Shown here piece after piece: positions 26,229 to 36,714 of a stretch of DNA of 64,000 nucleotides. Position 1 is the stretch's first letter; each line of letters starts with the position of its first letter. The notes under the pieces were generated by a model. It searched no databases. It was not told the origin of the DNA and saw only the letters and a list, made by a program, of their open reading frames with translations. This stretch comes from Desulfobacterales bacterium (GTDB lineage: Bacteria > Desulfobacterota > Desulfobacteria > Desulfobacterales > SURF-7), in assembly GCA_046484745.1 (NCBI GenBank), contig JAWOIJ010000090.1, positions 42,877 through 106,876 of the forward strand, in the 5' to 3' direction. The position numbers were made by a program, and so were the translations under genes.

Positions 26229-26295
26229 CATGGAAGGGGGTTGGCGGAATTAACAGTGATGAATTTACCTAAATCGTGAGGTGTAAAAGCGGATT

Positions 26296-27963
26296 ATGAT
26301 GAATGTTGTTATCCAGACTCTTGGCGGGTTGGGTTTGTTTATTCTGGGCATGTCCATGATGACGGATGGCCTTCAGATGTCGGCCGGCGACAGAATTAAA
26401 AAAATACTGAGTGCGGTTTCATCCAACAGAGTAATCGGATGCGCTACCGGCGCAGGCGTTACCGCTATTGTTCAGTCTTCTTCAGCAACGACAGTTATGC
26501 TGATCAGTTTTGTGGGTGCTGGAATGATGTCGCTTCAGCAGGCAGTGGGCGTGATTCTCGGAGCAAATATAGGGACAACACTCACGGCCCAGATGATTGC
26601 TTTCAATCTGGCAAATATGGCTCTGCCGGCTATTACCATTGGTGTAATTTTAAAATTTTTTTCCAAAAGCCGGCAACAAAGATATATCGGAGAGGTGATA
26701 CTTGGGTTTGGTTTGCTGTTCTTCGGCATGACGGTTATGAAGGAGGGGCTTGCACCGATTAAGGGAGATCCGGCGTTTGTCAGTTTTTTTACACAGTTTG
26801 ACCCCGGGACATTCAGCGGGCTGCTCTTGTGTGTCCTGACCGGCGCGATTCTGACAATAATGGTTCAATCTTCCTCTGCAACTGTCGGGTTGACCATGAC
26901 ACTGGCAACCCAGGGCCTTTTATCATTCCCGGCGGCAATGGCTCTCGTACTTGGAGAGAATATTGGAACGACAATTACTGCCGAGCTGGCGACGGTCGGT
27001 TCATCCAACATTGATGCACATCGGGCAGCAAGAGCCCATACAATGTTTAATGTAATTGGCGTCGGTCTTATGATAGCCTTGTTTCCTTATTTTGTCGTGG
27101 TCGTTGAAAAAATAACCGGAATTCTTGGAGCCGGGCCTGTCGACCAGATACTGGATGGTGATTATGCCAATGTGCCAAGGTATATTGCAAACGGGCATTC
27201 CATTTTTAATATTATTAATGCGATTATTTTTCTGATTTTCCTGCCATGGCTGATCAAGGTGGCAATTTTTCTTTCTCCAAAAAAGGAGGCGGAAAAAGAT
27301 ATTTTGCGTTTGCCCCAATTTGACGACCGGTTTCTGGATACCCCGATTGCGGCTCTGGCCAGAGCAAGGAGTGAAGTCGTTCGTATGGCGGATGTCGCAA
27401 TGGAAATGTTTGGGAATACACTTCAGAGCTTTGAAAAGCGGGATTTAAAGGGTTTGAATAGATGGCGCAGATATGAAGAGCACCTTGACGCCGCCCAGAA
27501 AGAGATTAACACCTATTTGACAAAGATTTATCAGGGCGATGTCAATCAGTCCGAAGCCAAAGAGATATCGAGTCTGATGCGTATGACGAACAATATCGAG
27601 AGAATAGGGGATTCAATTGAAAATATTGCATTGATGGTTGAACACAGTATTGAGAACAAAATGGATTTTTCACCGTGGGCTGTTGCGGACGTAAAAAATA
27701 TTTCTTTCCAGGTCGTTGCTTTTATAAAGCTGGTTACGGAAGGGATGCAGCATATGACTCCCCGTTTCATGGAGCGGGCTCAGGAAATTGAAGATAATAT
27801 CGATTTTATGCGTGAAGAGATGCGGCAGGAACATATTAATCGACTTCGTTCCAATCAATGCGAAACAGATTCCGGGCTTTTGTTCAGCGATATGCTTTCA
27901 AATTTTGAGAAAATGGGAGATTATTGTTACAATATCGCCCAGTCAATCGCCGGCATCAAATAG
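26296..27963 (+). CDS. Na+/phosphate cotransporter family protein with C-terminal PhoU-like repeats
   Basis: It has duplicated 'VQSSSATT/VQSSSATV...GANIGTT/GENIGTT' Na_Pi_cotrans motifs. The C-terminal helical PhoU-like region includes 'RMTNNIERIGDSIENIA' and 'FEKMGDYCYNIAQ'. Confidence 0.85.
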   Translation: MMNVVIQTLGGLGLFILGMSMMTDGLQMSAGDRIKKILSAVSSNRVIGCATGAGVTAIVQSSSATTVMLISFVGAGMMSLQQAVGVILGANIGTTLTAQMIAFNLANMALPAITIGVILKFFSKSRQQRYIGEVILGFGLLFFGMTVMKEGLAPIKGDPAFVSFFTQFDPGTFSGLLLCVLTGAILTIMVQSSSATVGLTMTLATQGLLSFPAAMALVLGENIGTTITAELATVGSSNIDAHRAARAHTMFNVIGVGLMIALFPYFVVVVEKITGILGAGPVDQILDGDYANVPRYIANGHSIFNIINAIIFLIFLPWLIKVAIFLSPKKEAEKDILRLPQFDDRFLDTPIAALARARSEVVRMADVAMEMFGNTLQSFEKRDLKGLNRWRRYEEHLDAAQKEINTYLTKIYQGDVNQSEAKEISSLMRMTNNIERIGDSIENIALMVEHSIENKMDFSPWAVADVKNISFQVVAFIKLVTEGMQHMTPRFMERAQEIEDNIDFMREEMRQEHINRLRSNQCETDSGLLFSDMLSNFEKMGDYCYNIAQSIAGIK

Positions 27964-28021
27964 CGTGACTTAGTTCCAGAATCATTTGCCATGAGGTATC
28001 CGGTTTTCCCATAACGGCTTC

Positions 28022-29284
28022 TTACTGGATGGGGGTGCGGATTTTAAAACCCGGTTCCAGTGCTTTATTCGACTTTGTAATGAGTACGGTTGATGTCGTC
28101 TTTTCTGTATGAAGTACGATGAGTGATCCAATATCAATTTTTTTTACAATTTCATCGAGATTTTCTTCGTAATAGATACTGTATCTCTGTCCAGGCTGTA
28201 TCCCATCCTGTTCACCTTTATCGATAAAAGCAATGGTATTATCGGCAAATATTCGTTTATGCGTTTCGGTAACCAGGATTTTCCCGTCGATGCCTTCAGG
28301 GCTTTCCGTTAATGTAATTTTGGGTGAACGCCTTTTGTATGGCATCAGAAGATCTCCAATATTGACCTCTCGAAATGTACTGGTTACCCGGCCTTCAGCT
28401 ATCATGGGATCCTTCTGCAGTATTTCAGTAATTTCCACGACGCCTTTTATGTTGTGCTGCATGCCGATGTATTTTTTTGATATGTCATCCATTATTGGAT
28501 TTTCCAGTATTTCAAATATCGAATAAAGACTTCCGGGAATAAGCGCGTTCGGCGTATTATCCTTCTGCTTGAGATAGACAATATCATCTTTGCTGATCAG
28601 CGTTTTATCACCTTTCACTTTGAAGATATACGCATCGGAATCAGCAGACTTTTCTCGGATAAATCCGATATTGTCAATGTTTGTGTATTCAAAGAACGGG
28701 GACTCTTTTTCCGGCTTTTTGTCGACAAATTCAGATTGTTCTATTTTTGATTTTGCAGGTAGTGCAGGAAGAGGAGGGGGTTCTTGAATTTCACCTGGAG
28801 CTTCGATTGCAGCAAGGGCTTCCTTTTCTGTGACCTGCGTAATTACAATGACTCCGTCCTTTTTATAGATACGGATTCGGTTGCCCGGGTAGATCAGATG
28901 AGGGTTTAAAATCTGGCTGTTTTTTGACCAAAGTTCCGGCCATAACCATGGGGAATCAAAAAAGTGCTTTGAGATATCCCAAAGTGTATCGCCTTTTTTA
29001 ACCGTGTAGTAGAAGACGGTCTCCTGTTCGATTTCGGAGGTCTCTCCCTCTTCGGAAGCAGTGTCCGCCTGCTGTTCTATTTCGGAGGTCTCTCCCTCTT
29101 CGGAAGCTGCTTCTGCCTGCTGTTCTATTGTAGAGGTCTCTCCCTCTTCGGAAGCTGCTTCTGCCTGCTGTTCTATTGTGGAGGTCTCTCCCTCTTCGGA
29201 AGCAGTGCATGGTTGAGCTGAAAAAAATAACAAGACAAATGTGCATAGGAGTGTTATAGAGCTTAATCGAATAATGGAAAGCAT
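28022..29284 (-). CDS. Secreted LysM-domain protein with acidic 16-aa tandem repeats
   Basis: It has a signal peptide from ATG 29284 ('MLSIIRLSSITLLCTFVLLFFSAQPCTA'), then about four repeats of 'SEEGETSTIEQQAEAA'. The LysM motif is 'YTVKKGDTLWDISKHFFDSPWLWPELWSKNSQILNPHLIYPGNRIRIY'. The track start at 29320 is a TTG. Confidence 0.75.
   Translation of the reverse strand: MLSIIRLSSITLLCTFVLLFFSAQPCTASEEGETSTIEQQAEAASEEGETSTIEQQAEAASEEGETSEIEQQADTASEEGETSEIEQETVFYYTVKKGDTLWDISKHFFDSPWLWPELWSKNSQILNPHLIYPGNRIRIYKKDGVIVITQVTEKEALAAIEAPGEIQEPPPLPALPAKSKIEQSEFVDKKPEKESPFFEYTNIDNIGFIREKSADSDAYIFKVKGDKTLISKDDIVYLKQKDNTPNALIPGSLYSIFEILENPIMDDISKKYIGMQHNIKGVVEITEILQKDPMIAEGRVTSTFREVNIGDLLMPYKRRSPKITLTESPEGIDGKILVTETHKRIFADNTIAFIDKGEQDGIQPGQRYSIYYEENLDEIVKKIDIGSLIVLHTEKTTSTVLITKSNKALEPGFKIRTPIQ
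29021..29212. repeat. 4 x 48-bp tandem repeat inside the LysM gene
   Basis: The units are 29021-29068, 29069-29116, 29117-29164 and 29165-29212. The inner copies are nearly identical ('ctgctgttctatt..gaggtctctccctcttcggaagctgcttctgc'). Confidence 0.9.
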
Positions 29285-29675
29285 AATTTGCCCCTGTTTA
29301 TTTAGGTGATTAATATTCAAAGATCGTCAAAGTTAAAGATTAATACCCTTTATAACAATTATCTGTCAAGCCTTTCAGCATATTATCTTCATTTTTATAA
29401 TTTTCTTGACATATCGGAAGAAAATATTTAGTAACAATGTTACCAGGCGCAAGGCCAGACAATCGCTGCCATTGTCTGCATTATTTAAAATTTCCATTCT
29501 GTTTACAGGCAGGTCAGATAAAACATCGCTGTTTGTTAACCTGATGTTTATTTTCTTGCGGCAGTGTTTTGAAAAATGATGATGATTTTGATTCGTATGA
29601 GATGGTAACATTGTTTCGGTTTTTGTATCTCTGCCATATTGATTTGGGAATGATTATTCAAGAACGGAGTATAAA

Positions 29676-30317
29676 ATGAACTGGTTTTTTGACATCATTA
29701 GATCGTCTATTGGTAAAAAAATGATGATGGCGTTTACCGGGCTGGGTTTTTGTGTTTTTCTCACCGGCCATCTTATCGGAAATTTGACGATTTACAAAGG
29801 CCAAGATGCTTTTAACGCTTATGCGGAGAGACTTCATTCCCTCGGCCCGCTCATCACAGCCGCAGAGATCGGGCTCCTGCTTTTTGCGGTTGTTCATGTG
29901 TTGAGCGGCACTTTATTGTTTATCGGGAATCTTTATGCAAGGCCTCAGCGATATGTAGTCAAAAAAAGTGCGGGTGGCCGTACCATCGGTTCCATGACCA
30001 TGCCGTATACCGGCTTCTTTGTTTTTTTATTTGTTGTTTTACATCTGATTGATTTTCACTTTGCCGATAAGACCCGGCAACCAATTTATCAGATCGTATC
30101 CAATGCATTTGCAGATCCGGTTTATGTGGCTGTTTACATTGCGGCAATGATTATCCTTGCCGTTCATGTAAGTCACGGGTTCTGGAGCGCATTCCAGACC
30201 GTTGGAGCCAATCATCCGAAATACATGCCGATTGTTAGAGGAGCGGCTATCTGTTTTAGCCTGGCGATAGGAGTCGGTTTCGGTTTTTTGCCGATTTATC
30301 TTTTCTATATGCAATAA
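29676..30317 (+). CDS. sdhC: Succinate dehydrogenase/fumarate reductase cytochrome b subunit (single large b558-type, type B)
   Basis: A 213-aa polytopic membrane protein with conserved His residues in its helices ('TGHLIGNL', 'AVVHVLSG', 'VVLHLIDFH', 'LAVHVSHG'). It lies directly upstream of the flavoprotein gene. Confidence 0.8.
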   Translation: MNWFFDIIRSSIGKKMMMAFTGLGFCVFLTGHLIGNLTIYKGQDAFNAYAERLHSLGPLITAAEIGLLLFAVVHVLSGTLLFIGNLYARPQRYVVKKSAGGRTIGSMTMPYTGFFVFLFVVLHLIDFHFADKTRQPIYQIVSNAFADPVYVAVYIAAMIILAVHVSHGFWSAFQTVGANHPKYMPIVRGAAICFSLAIGVGFGFLPIYLFYMQ

Positions 30318-30329
30318 AAAGGAAACAAA

Positions 30330-32243
30330 ATGCAACTTGATTCAAAAGCCCCGGATGGACCTCTTTCGGAAAAATGGGATAGGCATCTGTTTGACCTGAA
30401 GCTGGTCAACCCCGCAAACAAAAGAAAATTTGAGATCATTGTCGTGGGGACGGGCCTTGCTGGCGGTTCAGCTTCCGCTACATTGGCGGAGCTTGGCTAT
30501 AATGTTAAGACGTTTTGTATTCAGGACAGTCCGCGAAGGGCGCACAGCATAGCTGCGCAAGGGGGAATAAACGCCGCCAAGAATTATTCCAATGATGGAG
30601 ACAGCATCTGGCGTCTTTTTTATGACACAATAAAAGGTGGAGACTACCGGGCCAGGGAGGCTAATGTACACCGTCTGGCGCAGATCAGCAACGCCATCAT
30701 TGATCATTGTGTGGCGCAGGGAGTCCCTTTTGCCCGTGAATATGGAGGTCTTCTCGCCAATCGGAGTTTTGGAGGAGCTCAGGTCTCCAGAACTTTTTAT
30801 GCAAGGGGTCAGACGGGACAGCAGCTTCTTTTAGGCGCATACAGTGCATTGTCAAGGCAGATCGCAGCCGGTAAGGTTAAAATGTTTACACGAAGGGACA
30901 TGCTGGATCTTGTGATCGTGAATGGCAAAGCACGGGGAATTGTAACGAGAAATCTTATCAATGGAAACATCGAAAGCCATACGGCTGATGCGGTTGTCCT
31001 GGCTACAGGCGGTTACGGCAATGTTTTTTATCTCTCCACAAATGCAATGGCAAGCAATGTCACCGCCGCATACAGTGCGTATAAGAAAGGAGCCGCGTTT
31101 GCCAATCCCTGCTATACACAGATTCATCCTACATGTATTCCAGTTCACGGTACCTATCAGTCAAAACTGACATTGATGAGTGAAAGCCTGAGAAATGACG
31201 GTCGTGTGTGGGTTCCAAAAAATCCCGGAGACAAGCGGCCTCCCGGGCAGATTCCCGAATCGGAAAGAGATTATTACCTTGAAAATAAATACCCGAGCTT
31301 TGGCAATTTGGTGCCAAGGGATGTGGCATCCCGAAATGCTAAATTTCAATGTGACATGGGAAAAGGGGTGGGCGAAACAGGTCTTGCCGTTTATCTTGAT
31401 TTTGAGGATGCAATCAAAAGGGACGGGAGAGATGTGATTGCAAAAAAATACGGCAACCTTTTTCAGATGTATGAAAAAATTACAGCCGACAACCCCTATG
31501 AGATCCCCATGATGATCTATCCTGCCGCGCATTATACGATGGGAGGTCTCTGGGTCGATTATAATCTTATGAGTACAATCCCTGGTCTCTTTGTTCTCGG
31601 TGAAGCAAATTTTTCAGATCACGGGGCTAACCGTCTGGGAGCAAGTGCACTCATGCAGGGGCTTGCGGATGGATATTTTATTATTCCATATACCATCGGG
31701 GGTTATCTTGCCGGGACCAGGCTTGAAAAAATAGATGCTGATGATACCGCTTTCAAGGAAACTGCCGATATTGTCAGATCGCAGATAAAAAAGATGCTTT
31801 CCATCAGCGGCAGAAGGACCGTTGATGATTTTCACCGGGAGCTTGGAAAAATCATGTGGGAATACTGCGGTATGTCAAGAACCGATGCGGGACTTTCAAA
31901 AGCAAAAGATTTAATCGCTGAACTAAAAGGTGATTTTCAGGAAAATGTTCTGGTTTCAGGCTCAGGTGCCGAGTTCAATCAAAATCTCGAAAAAGCAAAG
32001 CGTGTTGCCGATTTTATTGAATTTGGAGAATTAATGATAATCGATGCGCTGGCCAGAAAGGAGTCCTGTGGCGGACATTTTAATGAGGACTATCAGACAG
32101 AAGAGAATGAAGCCAGACGGGATGATGAAAATTACAGTCATGTTTCAGCCTGGGAGTATGCGGGTGAAGGCAAGGAGCCGGTATTGCACAAGGAGTCTCT
32201 CGTGTTTGAGGAAGTTGAGTTAACCCAAAGGAGTTACAAGTGA
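30330..32243 (+). CDS. sdhA: Succinate dehydrogenase/fumarate reductase flavoprotein subunit
   Basis: '[21 protein letters not shown]', '[15 protein letters not shown]' (the FAD-attachment His context), '[10 protein letters not shown]' and 'ESCGGHF' match the family. Direction (Sdh versus Frd) cannot be decided from sequence. Confidence 0.9.
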   Translation: MQLDSKAPDGPLSEKWDRHLFDLKLVNPANKRKFEIIVVGTGLAGGSASATLAELGYNVKTFCIQDSPRRAHSIAAQGGINAAKNYSNDGDSIWRLFYDTIKGGDYRAREANVHRLAQISNAIIDHCVAQGVPFAREYGGLLANRSFGGAQVSRTFYARGQTGQQLLLGAYSALSRQIAAGKVKMFTRRDMLDLVIVNGKARGIVTRNLINGNIESHTADAVVLATGGYGNVFYLSTNAMASNVTAAYSAYKKGAAFANPCYTQIHPTCIPVHGTYQSKLTLMSESLRNDGRVWVPKNPGDKRPPGQIPESERDYYLENKYPSFGNLVPRDVASRNAKFQCDMGKGVGETGLAVYLDFEDAIKRDGRDVIAKKYGNLFQMYEKITADNPYEIPMMIYPAAHYTMGGLWVDYNLMSTIPGLFVLGEANFSDHGANRLGASALMQGLADGYFIIPYTIGGYLAGTRLEKIDADDTAFKETADIVRSQIKKMLSISGRRTVDDFHRELGKIMWEYCGMSRTDAGLSKAKDLIAELKGDFQENVLVSGSGAEFNQNLEKAKRVADFIEFGELMIIDALARKESCGGHFNEDYQTEENEARRDDENYSHVSAWEYAGEGKEPVLHKESLVFEEVELTQRSYK

Positions 32244-33007
32244 TTGAGCCAAAAAGCAAAAAGACGATTAATCTGACATTAAAAGTCTGGTGTCAAATGG
32301 GACCGGATGCCAAGGGTAGTCTTGAAACATACCATGCCAGAGATATTTCTACGGATATGTCGTTTTTGGAAATGCTTGATGTCGTGAATGAAGGGTTGAT
32401 CCTTGAAGGAAAGGTGCCTATTGCCTTTGATCATGATTGCCGTGAAGGGATTTGCGGAATGTGCGGTGCCATGGTTAACGGCAGAGCCCATGGCCCTGAA
32501 AGGGGTACAACTCTTTGTCAGCTGCACATGAGGCATTTCTCAAACAATGATACGATTGTCATTGAACCCTGGAGATCAAGAGCGTTTAAAATAATTAAGG
32601 ATCTGGCTGTTGATCGAAGCGCACTTGATTTAATTATCCAGGCCGGCGGATATATTTCTGCAAATGTTGGAGGGGCGCCGGATGGTAATGCGATACTGGT
32701 TCCACAGGAATCCTCGGAAAAAGCCATGGATGCGGCTGCCTGCATAGGGTGCGGTGCCTGTGTTGCGGCCTGCCCGAATGCATCGGCCATGCTGTTTGTG
32801 GGCGCGAAAATATCGCATCTTGCTTTACTTCCTCATGGACGACCTGAAGCGGTAAAACGAGTACTCGCAATGGTCAAAAAAATGGACGAGTGCGGTTTTG
32901 GAAATTGTACCAATGAGACTGAGTGTGAGGCGGAATGCCCGAAAGAAATATCCATTACGAATATCGCAAGGATGAATCGTGAATATTTGAAGGCTGGATT
33001 TTTATAG
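32240..33007 (+). CDS. sdhB: Succinate dehydrogenase/fumarate reductase iron-sulfur subunit
   Basis: The Cys clusters are '[15 protein letters not shown]', '[13 protein letters not shown]' and '[13 protein letters not shown]'. Its start overlaps the sdhA stop. Confidence 0.9.
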   Translation: MIEPKSKKTINLTLKVWCQMGPDAKGSLETYHARDISTDMSFLEMLDVVNEGLILEGKVPIAFDHDCREGICGMCGAMVNGRAHGPERGTTLCQLHMRHFSNNDTIVIEPWRSRAFKIIKDLAVDRSALDLIIQAGGYISANVGGAPDGNAILVPQESSEKAMDAAACIGCGACVAACPNASAMLFVGAKISHLALLPHGRPEAVKRVLAMVKKMDECGFGNCTNETECEAECPKEISITNIARMNREYLKAGFL

Positions 33008-33099
33008 CAGCAGGTTTCTTCGACATTAAGCCCGGAATATAACAACCGGATATTCGATCCATTGCTTTTCCGGCTGATAATTCAACAGCACTGCAATCA

Positions 33100-34215
33100 A
33101 TGAGTAATAAAGAAGGAGATTTGATGGACGATCTGTTCCACTGGTTTGATAAAATGATCAGGGTTTCCAGTGAAAATTTATATATTCAGGGTTCTTTGAA
33201 AACTTTTTTTGCGATAGGCGTTTCTTTTATCGTCTGGACTGTTTTCAAGCGGTTGATCACTTCAATTGAAAAAAAAACCGGGGATGACGGCTTTATTGGA
33301 ATTGATTCAAGAGCGATTGATGTTATCCGCAGAGTCGCCTTTTATGCCCTTATACTTGTGACAGGAACCTACCTGATTCGGCTTTTTGGAATGACCATGA
33401 TCGAAAAAGCCTTTTTTGCTGTTTTGATTCTTCTCGTATCCTTGCCCGTCAAAGAGTTTGTGATTATCGCCCTTCAATATTTCAAAAAAAACCTTGCAAG
33501 CAAAACAGAAACAATGGTCGATGATATTATTTTTGACCTTTTGGATCGTTTTGTCGGGGTTGTCATCATTGCAATCGCGGTTGTACTTTCCCTTGATATG
33601 CTTGGAATCAATGTTATGCCCTTTATCGCAGGTGCAGGTGTTGCCGGCCTTGCGATAGGGTTTGCTGCAAAAGATACACTTTCCAATTTGATTGCGGGTG
33701 TTCTTCTCATTATAGATCGTCCCTTTGAAATTGGTGATCGTATTGAGGTCTGGAGCGCTCCTTCCGGCAGCGCTACCTGGGGAGACGTTATTGATATCGG
33801 TATCCGCGCAACAAAAATAAAAACCACAGATAATATTGTAATTATTATTCCAAATAACGAAATAATGAAGAGAGATATTGTCAATTATACGATTTCGTCC
33901 GCGCAAATTCGAGTACGTGTTGATATCGGCGTCTCATACGATACCGATATTGAAAAAGCAAAAAAGGTTGTATTGAACGTCGCAGACACGGCAGAGTGGA
34001 TTCTAAAGACACCTTCTCCCAAGGTGGTTGTAAAAAGTTTTGGAGAGTCTTCTGTGGATCTTCAGCTGCGTGTCTGGATCGACGATGCAAGAAAACGGAT
34101 GGATACGATTTCATTTATTACGGATCGGGTAAAAAGCGCATTCAACAAAGAAGGAATAGAGATTCCGTTCCCGAGAAGAGATATCGTGATTACCCATGAA
34201 AAGAAAAGCGCCTGA
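33100..34215 (+). CDS. Mechanosensitive ion channel (MscS family)
   Basis: It has TM helices followed by 'AGVAGLAIGFAAKDTLSNLIAGVLLIIDRPFEIGDRIEV'. Confidence 0.85.
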   Translation: MSNKEGDLMDDLFHWFDKMIRVSSENLYIQGSLKTFFAIGVSFIVWTVFKRLITSIEKKTGDDGFIGIDSRAIDVIRRVAFYALILVTGTYLIRLFGMTMIEKAFFAVLILLVSLPVKEFVIIALQYFKKNLASKTETMVDDIIFDLLDRFVGVVIIAIAVVLSLDMLGINVMPFIAGAGVAGLAIGFAAKDTLSNLIAGVLLIIDRPFEIGDRIEVWSAPSGSATWGDVIDIGIRATKIKTTDNIVIIIPNNEIMKRDIVNYTISSAQIRVRVDIGVSYDTDIEKAKKVVLNVADTAEWILKTPSPKVVVKSFGESSVDLQLRVWIDDARKRMDTISFITDRVKSAFNKEGIEIPFPRRDIVITHEKKSA

Positions 34216-34252
34216 AAATGGTTTGAAAAATGTTACATCTTCGATGAGCTGG

Positions 34253-35050
34253 TTATTGCATCACATGCTCAAGACGAATGTTTTTTTTCAAGATTTTTTT
34301 TGCCGTTTTTAGAAACTGCTCTGTAACATCTGATACAAAAAACGACTCACGGCCTTTTTTAGAAAGTAGGCTGTCAATTTCGGGATATTTGTTGAGATAT
34401 TCTTTTATCTGCGCGGCCACCGAAAGGGATGAGTCTATAATCTTGACTCTTTTTCCGATTTTTTGCTGAATAATATCCTTGAGAAGCGGATAGTGTGTGC
34501 AGCCGAGGATCAGCGTGTCGATCTGCCCGCCCTTTAACGGATGGAGATATTTTTTTACAATCATTCTGGTTTCAGGTTTTTTCATCCAGCCTTCCTCAAC
34601 AAGCGGAACCAGCAGAGGGCATGCATTTGAATAGACACGTGCATCAGGATCTTTGGCCTGGATTTTTTTTGTATAAATATTGCTGTTGACCGTAGCCCGT
34701 GTTCCAATAATGCCGATCCTGTGATTTTTTGAAACAGCCAATGCATCTTCTACGGCCGGTGTGATTACCTCGAATATGGGGATGCTATATTTTTCAGACA
34801 GCTTGCGGGTTGCGACACTTGAGGCTGTGTTACAGGCGATGATAATAATTTCAGCCCCCTTTTTTATCAGAAAGTCTGTATTTTCAAATGAATATCCGAT
34901 TACCGTTTCCTGGCTTTTGGTGCCATAAGGTGTCCTTGCCGTATCACCAAAGTAAAGCAGGTCATAGCCCGGGAGATTTTTCATGATCGCATTTACAACC
35001 GTAAGTCCGCCCAGTCCAGAGTCAAAAATTCCGATCATTCCGCTATCCAT
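34253..35050 (-). CDS. murI: Glutamate racemase
   Basis: 'IGIFDSGLGGLTV', 'IIIACNTAS' and 'LILGCTHYPLL' are the Asp/Glu racemase catalytic Cys motifs. Confidence 0.9.
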   Translation of the reverse strand: MDSGMIGIFDSGLGGLTVVNAIMKNLPGYDLLYFGDTARTPYGTKSQETVIGYSFENTDFLIKKGAEIIIIACNTASSVATRKLSEKYSIPIFEVITPAVEDALAVSKNHRIGIIGTRATVNSNIYTKKIQAKDPDARVYSNACPLLVPLVEEGWMKKPETRMIVKKYLHPLKGGQIDTLILGCTHYPLLKDIIQQKIGKRVKIIDSSLSVAAQIKEYLNKYPEIDSLLSKKGRESFFVSDVTEQFLKTAKKILKKNIRLEHVMQ

Positions 35051-35209
35051 TTGTTCTGTTTGGTTTGTTAAAAAGCGGCATGAATTTAAGTATTCATCTT
35101 GAAATATTCATGCTAAAATACAGAGTGGATTCAATGTTAAGGCGAAGCCTGCATTGAAGTCAAATTGAATTTTTTGTAAAATCCGACAAAACAAAAAAGG
35201 GATTACTGT

Positions 35210-35488
35210 ATGCATCCGAAAAAAAAGACACTTTCTATGAATCAGAAAATATTTGAGCTCAATCTGGGTGTTGAAGAGACCTCGCTTTACCTGCTTTGCT
35301 GCAGTATCGCAGATAATGGCTCAGAGATCTCCCGCAAAGATATTTCTTCCGTGTGGAATGGGAGCGAAGAAAGTCTTTCTCGATGTATAGAGACCCTTGA
35401 AAGGCTGAGTGTCATTTCTGTTCAGAACGCTTTGAAAAAAGAGGATGAAATATACAGGCTTATGCCGGTTGAAACATGGAAAACGTGA
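35210..35488 (+). CDS. Hypothetical small protein (possibly winged-helix-like)
   Basis: This is an ORF-only call with no recognisable motif. ATG 35237 ('MNQKIFEL') is an alternative start. Confidence 0.3.
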   Translation: MHPKKKTLSMNQKIFELNLGVEETSLYLLCCSIADNGSEISRKDISSVWNGSEESLSRCIETLERLSVISVQNALKKEDEIYRLMPVETWKT

Positions 35489-35668
35489 TGGCTTTGTAAA
35501 CAAGTCCGATTTCTGTGCTGCACTGCATCCCTCGTCGATGTAACGCAGGTCGACTATCAGGCGTTACCATAGATTCGTGAGCCTTGAACGTGAACTTTTT
35601 TTCATCAGGATTCCGGTTTTTTACGATTCTGTCAGATTGAATCGGGTGACATGTTTTCAATACGGATG

Positions 35669-36073
35669 TCATTTGATTTGAGAAAGCTTCTTTTTTACAA
35701 CCGCCTTTATAACATGATCTGGAAAGTCGGTCCGGATACCGGGGCATGAACCGGCCATAATTTCCCAGTTTTTTATATCTGCAAGGACGGATTTAATAAA
35801 AGGCCAGTCTTTGCACATTTTAGGCTTTACCGGATGTATGGTGCAGAGGTCGTCCCAGAAGATGCAGAAACCGTTTTCATTTTGCTTGAGCAGTGGCCTG
35901 TTGCCGGATATTCGGCAAAAATTTTTTTGAAATTCAGCTGGATCCATATGGATATAGGCTGCAATCTCATTGATATTCTCAGGTGTAATATAGGTTCCAC
36001 CATACCCCTTGCAGCATTCGCCGCATTGTTTACACTGAAAAATATTCGAAGGCTCGATGTCGTCAAACGGCAT
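35669..36073 (-). CDS. YkgJ-family (UPF0153) zinc/iron-chelating Cys-cluster protein
   Basis: It has 'FQCKQCGECCKGYGG' plus a downstream 'CIFWDDLCTIHPVKPKMCKDWP'. It overlaps the recR 3' end by 11 nt. Confidence 0.75.
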   Translation of the reverse strand: MPFDDIEPSNIFQCKQCGECCKGYGGTYITPENINEIAAYIHMDPAEFQKNFCRISGNRPLLKQNENGFCIFWDDLCTIHPVKPKMCKDWPFIKSVLADIKNWEIMAGSCPGIRTDFPDHVIKAVVKKKLSQIK

Positions 36074-36662
36074 GTCTCGACTCCATTGCTTTTTTCAATG
36101 TAACCTGATCCACATACTTCAGATCGCCTCCAATCGGCACACCGGATGCGATACGAGATATTTTAATTGGCAACTTTTCCATCTGGCCGGCAAGATAGGA
36201 TGCTGTCGCTTCCCCTTCAACATTGGTGCCTGTCGCGATAATAACCTCCTTGATTTTTCCCTGCTCAACTTTTGAGATCAGTTCCCGTATTCTGATATTA
36301 TCCGGTCCGATTCCATCCATAGGGGATAGTACTCCCTGCAGGATATGATACAGCCCGTTGTAACCTCCTGATTTTTCAATTGCCGCCATGTCGGCAGGCT
36401 GTTCCACGACACACAACAATTCCGCGTTTCTGGAAGGATTGCCGCAAATCCGGCATAGCTCTTTATCACTCATGCCAAAACAGAGCTTACAGAGTTTTAT
36501 TTTATCTTTTATCTCAAGGATGCTTTGTGCAAGCTGTCGTGATTCATCTGAGGGCGCCCTGAGAAGATGCATGGCAAGGCGTTCCGCGGTTTTTTCGCCT
36601 ATTCCGGGAAGTCTGGACAGGTTTTTGATCAGTTTTAACAGTGAAGTCGGGTAATGGTTCAT
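36063..36662 (-). CDS. recR: Recombination protein RecR
   Basis: 'LIKNLSRLPGIGEKTAERLAMHLL', a Cys4 zinc finger ('CKLCFGMSDKELCRIC') and the Toprim motif 'EVIIATGTNVEGEATA' match RecR. Confidence 0.9.
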   Translation of the reverse strand: MNHYPTSLLKLIKNLSRLPGIGEKTAERLAMHLLRAPSDESRQLAQSILEIKDKIKLCKLCFGMSDKELCRICGNPSRNAELLCVVEQPADMAAIEKSGGYNGLYHILQGVLSPMDGIGPDNIRIRELISKVEQGKIKEVIIATGTNVEGEATASYLAGQMEKLPIKISRIASGVPIGGDLKYVDQVTLKKAMESRHAV

Positions 36663-36714
36663 TTTTGTGTATTACGTTATAATTTTTCCGGCTCAAGTTT
36701 AAGAGTAAACCGCA

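Noticed and set aside
28998-29246. An 82-aa minus-strand ORF has 'RRGRDL.NRTAG' repeats.
   Set aside because: It is simply an alternative reading frame of the 48-bp tandem repeats inside the LysM gene. The LysM frame has a signal peptide and continues into a recognisable domain.
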